A stretch of DNA of 64,000 bases from NCBI GenBank assembly GCA_020536535.1, contig JAHLWZ010000615.1, forward strand, positions 18,027 to 82,026, written 5' to 3'. This document shows, in pieces, positions 62,669 to 64,000 of this stretch (positions are counted from its first letter, which is position 1; each line of letters opens with the position of its first letter). The translations under genes and the position numbers were made by a program. The notes below the pieces were generated by a model. It was not told the origin of the DNA, did no database searches, and saw only the letters and a program-made list of their open reading frames with translations. The stretch is from Pelomyxa schiedti (lineage: Eukaryota; Protista; Evosea).

Positions 62669-63459
62669 TTAATCAACAATGAAACGAATAGTAAGGGCAT
62701 CCTGCACTGCTCTTGCGTCTGTAAATCCCTTTGTAAAGGTGAGGATGTTCATGTAGATCATAGAAAGGTAGAGAAAGTGTGCCATACATCCTTAAACTGA
62801 TCGAATGACATTTTTTCACAGCCGCGCAAATACTCATCGGCAATTGAGTTTAGTCTCTCTGTTCCAAGGTGTTTTCCAGTTACCCTATCCAAAGTGTAAA
62901 GGTTACCAGTGAGATTAATGTCACGCCATACATTAGAAGAACGGTTATGAGGTCCTTTCTAGATATGAATCCATCGCCATCTTCGTCGTAAATAGTAAAC
63001 ATCACTGGTGGGTTCAGGTTCACATCACAGTCAGCAAATAAAAAAGTGGTCCTTAGCCCCCCAGAAGAATGCAACACACACATTTGAGTTTTTCTTCAGC
63101 TCTGGTGTTTGGGTGAAAAACAGCCAGAGTCTCAGCGAATTGCTTGAAGTTCACAAAACCGTCCTTGGCGGGGAACAAAGCGACCAATCTGCTGCACAGA
63201 GGGTTCATCGCGAACTCGGGAATGTGCATCAGATCTGATGGATTCACGGTCCCTCGGTGCTCTCTGTCGATGCGACAAAACCGCTTGTACAGCCGTCGTA
63301 TTTCCTTTGTCGAATCTGTGCAGGACGGAGGTACCCAAACACAGGCAGTGAGGTGACGGTATTGTGGTGTGCAGGTGGCGATGATACCCTACATTGTGGA
63401 CATGACGACAAGATCTCCTCCACTTCCTCTGCCTGCAACGCCGACTCCTCCAACCCCAT
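62669..63459 (-). CDS. Calcineurin B / CHP-like EF-hand protein
   Basis: MG start (possible myristoylation), EIRRLYKRFCRID, IPEFAMNPLCSRLV, EEKLK and EF-hand IYDEDGDGFISRKDL. Confidence 0.92.
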
Positions 63460-64000
63460 GTGCGCAATTTGCCAAATTTAAAGGAAAAATTATCGCTTCC
63501 ACGAAGAGATGTGATTAAGAAAATTTGAAATCCACTCCCCTGGATCTCAGGGAGATTGGAGTACACAGTGGTGAGTAGGGTTTCCCCCAGTTCTGAGTGA
63601 AAAAGGAGGTAGGGGGATTGAGAAAACCCAAAAAGTGGAGGTAACCAGTGGCATGCCATAAAAAAAGATTGGAGGCCAACAACCAATGCATAAAGGGTGA
63701 AAAATTTTCTTCAGGAAAAGCCTCTATGTTTTAAAAAAACTTCCACCCAGGGAGAAACAATTGTTTTTGTCTGTATTGTATTGTGTTTGAATTTTGCCCA
63801 GGGGGAAAACAACAAGAGTGTCAAACAACATTGTTGTCCCAGGGTGCACAGTGCATTTGAGGTGGATGAGCAGATTGCCTGAACAAAAAAAACTGGATTG
63901 AGAAAGGATTCTATCCAACAAAGCACCAATGATATATTATTATATATGTCCATTATTTCCTCCCCTCAGAATGGTTGTGTGTCCTGGTCCACACAAAAAC

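Noticed and set aside
63500-64000. Possible 3' exons of a further minus-strand gene
   Set aside because: No recognisable motif, and the frame is ambiguous at the window edge.

Overview
Gene-dense, intron-rich eukaryotic (protist) DNA, not prokaryotic, so the ORF track fragments most genes. Introns are mostly GT-AG and about 40-100 nt, and intergenic gaps are often only 40-150 bp. Manual exon stitching gives about 24 protein genes: two RhoGAPs, DUF4139-like, CAP/SCP, CCHC-knuckle/RS protein, metallophosphoesterase, an AlkD-domain protein, IRE1, SLC35F6-like, UTP11, MFS transporter, two coiled-coil orphans, STK19, peptidase C45, an orphan, a DIM1-like thioredoxin, Rex1-type exonuclease, MCCC2, a neurofibromin-like RasGAP, a RanBP2-ZnF/F-box protein, an ankyrin protein, a coiled-coil protein, SMCHD1-like and calcineurin-B-like. 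The style suggests an amoebozoan, possibly a Pelomyxa-like archamoeba; this is inference and was not verified. The highlight is a full-length SMCHD1-type chromatin protein (UBL, GHKL ATPase, BAH/Ig-like linker, SMC hinge) at 53936-62627, invisible in the ORF track. Other signals are CpG-island-like gene starts, an apparently catalytically intact AlkD glycosylase inside a large disordered protein, A-rich 3' splice sites, and two unexplained structured repeat elements (24711-24945, 52080-52353). Gene models and homology calls come from reading and remembered family motifs; no searches were run.
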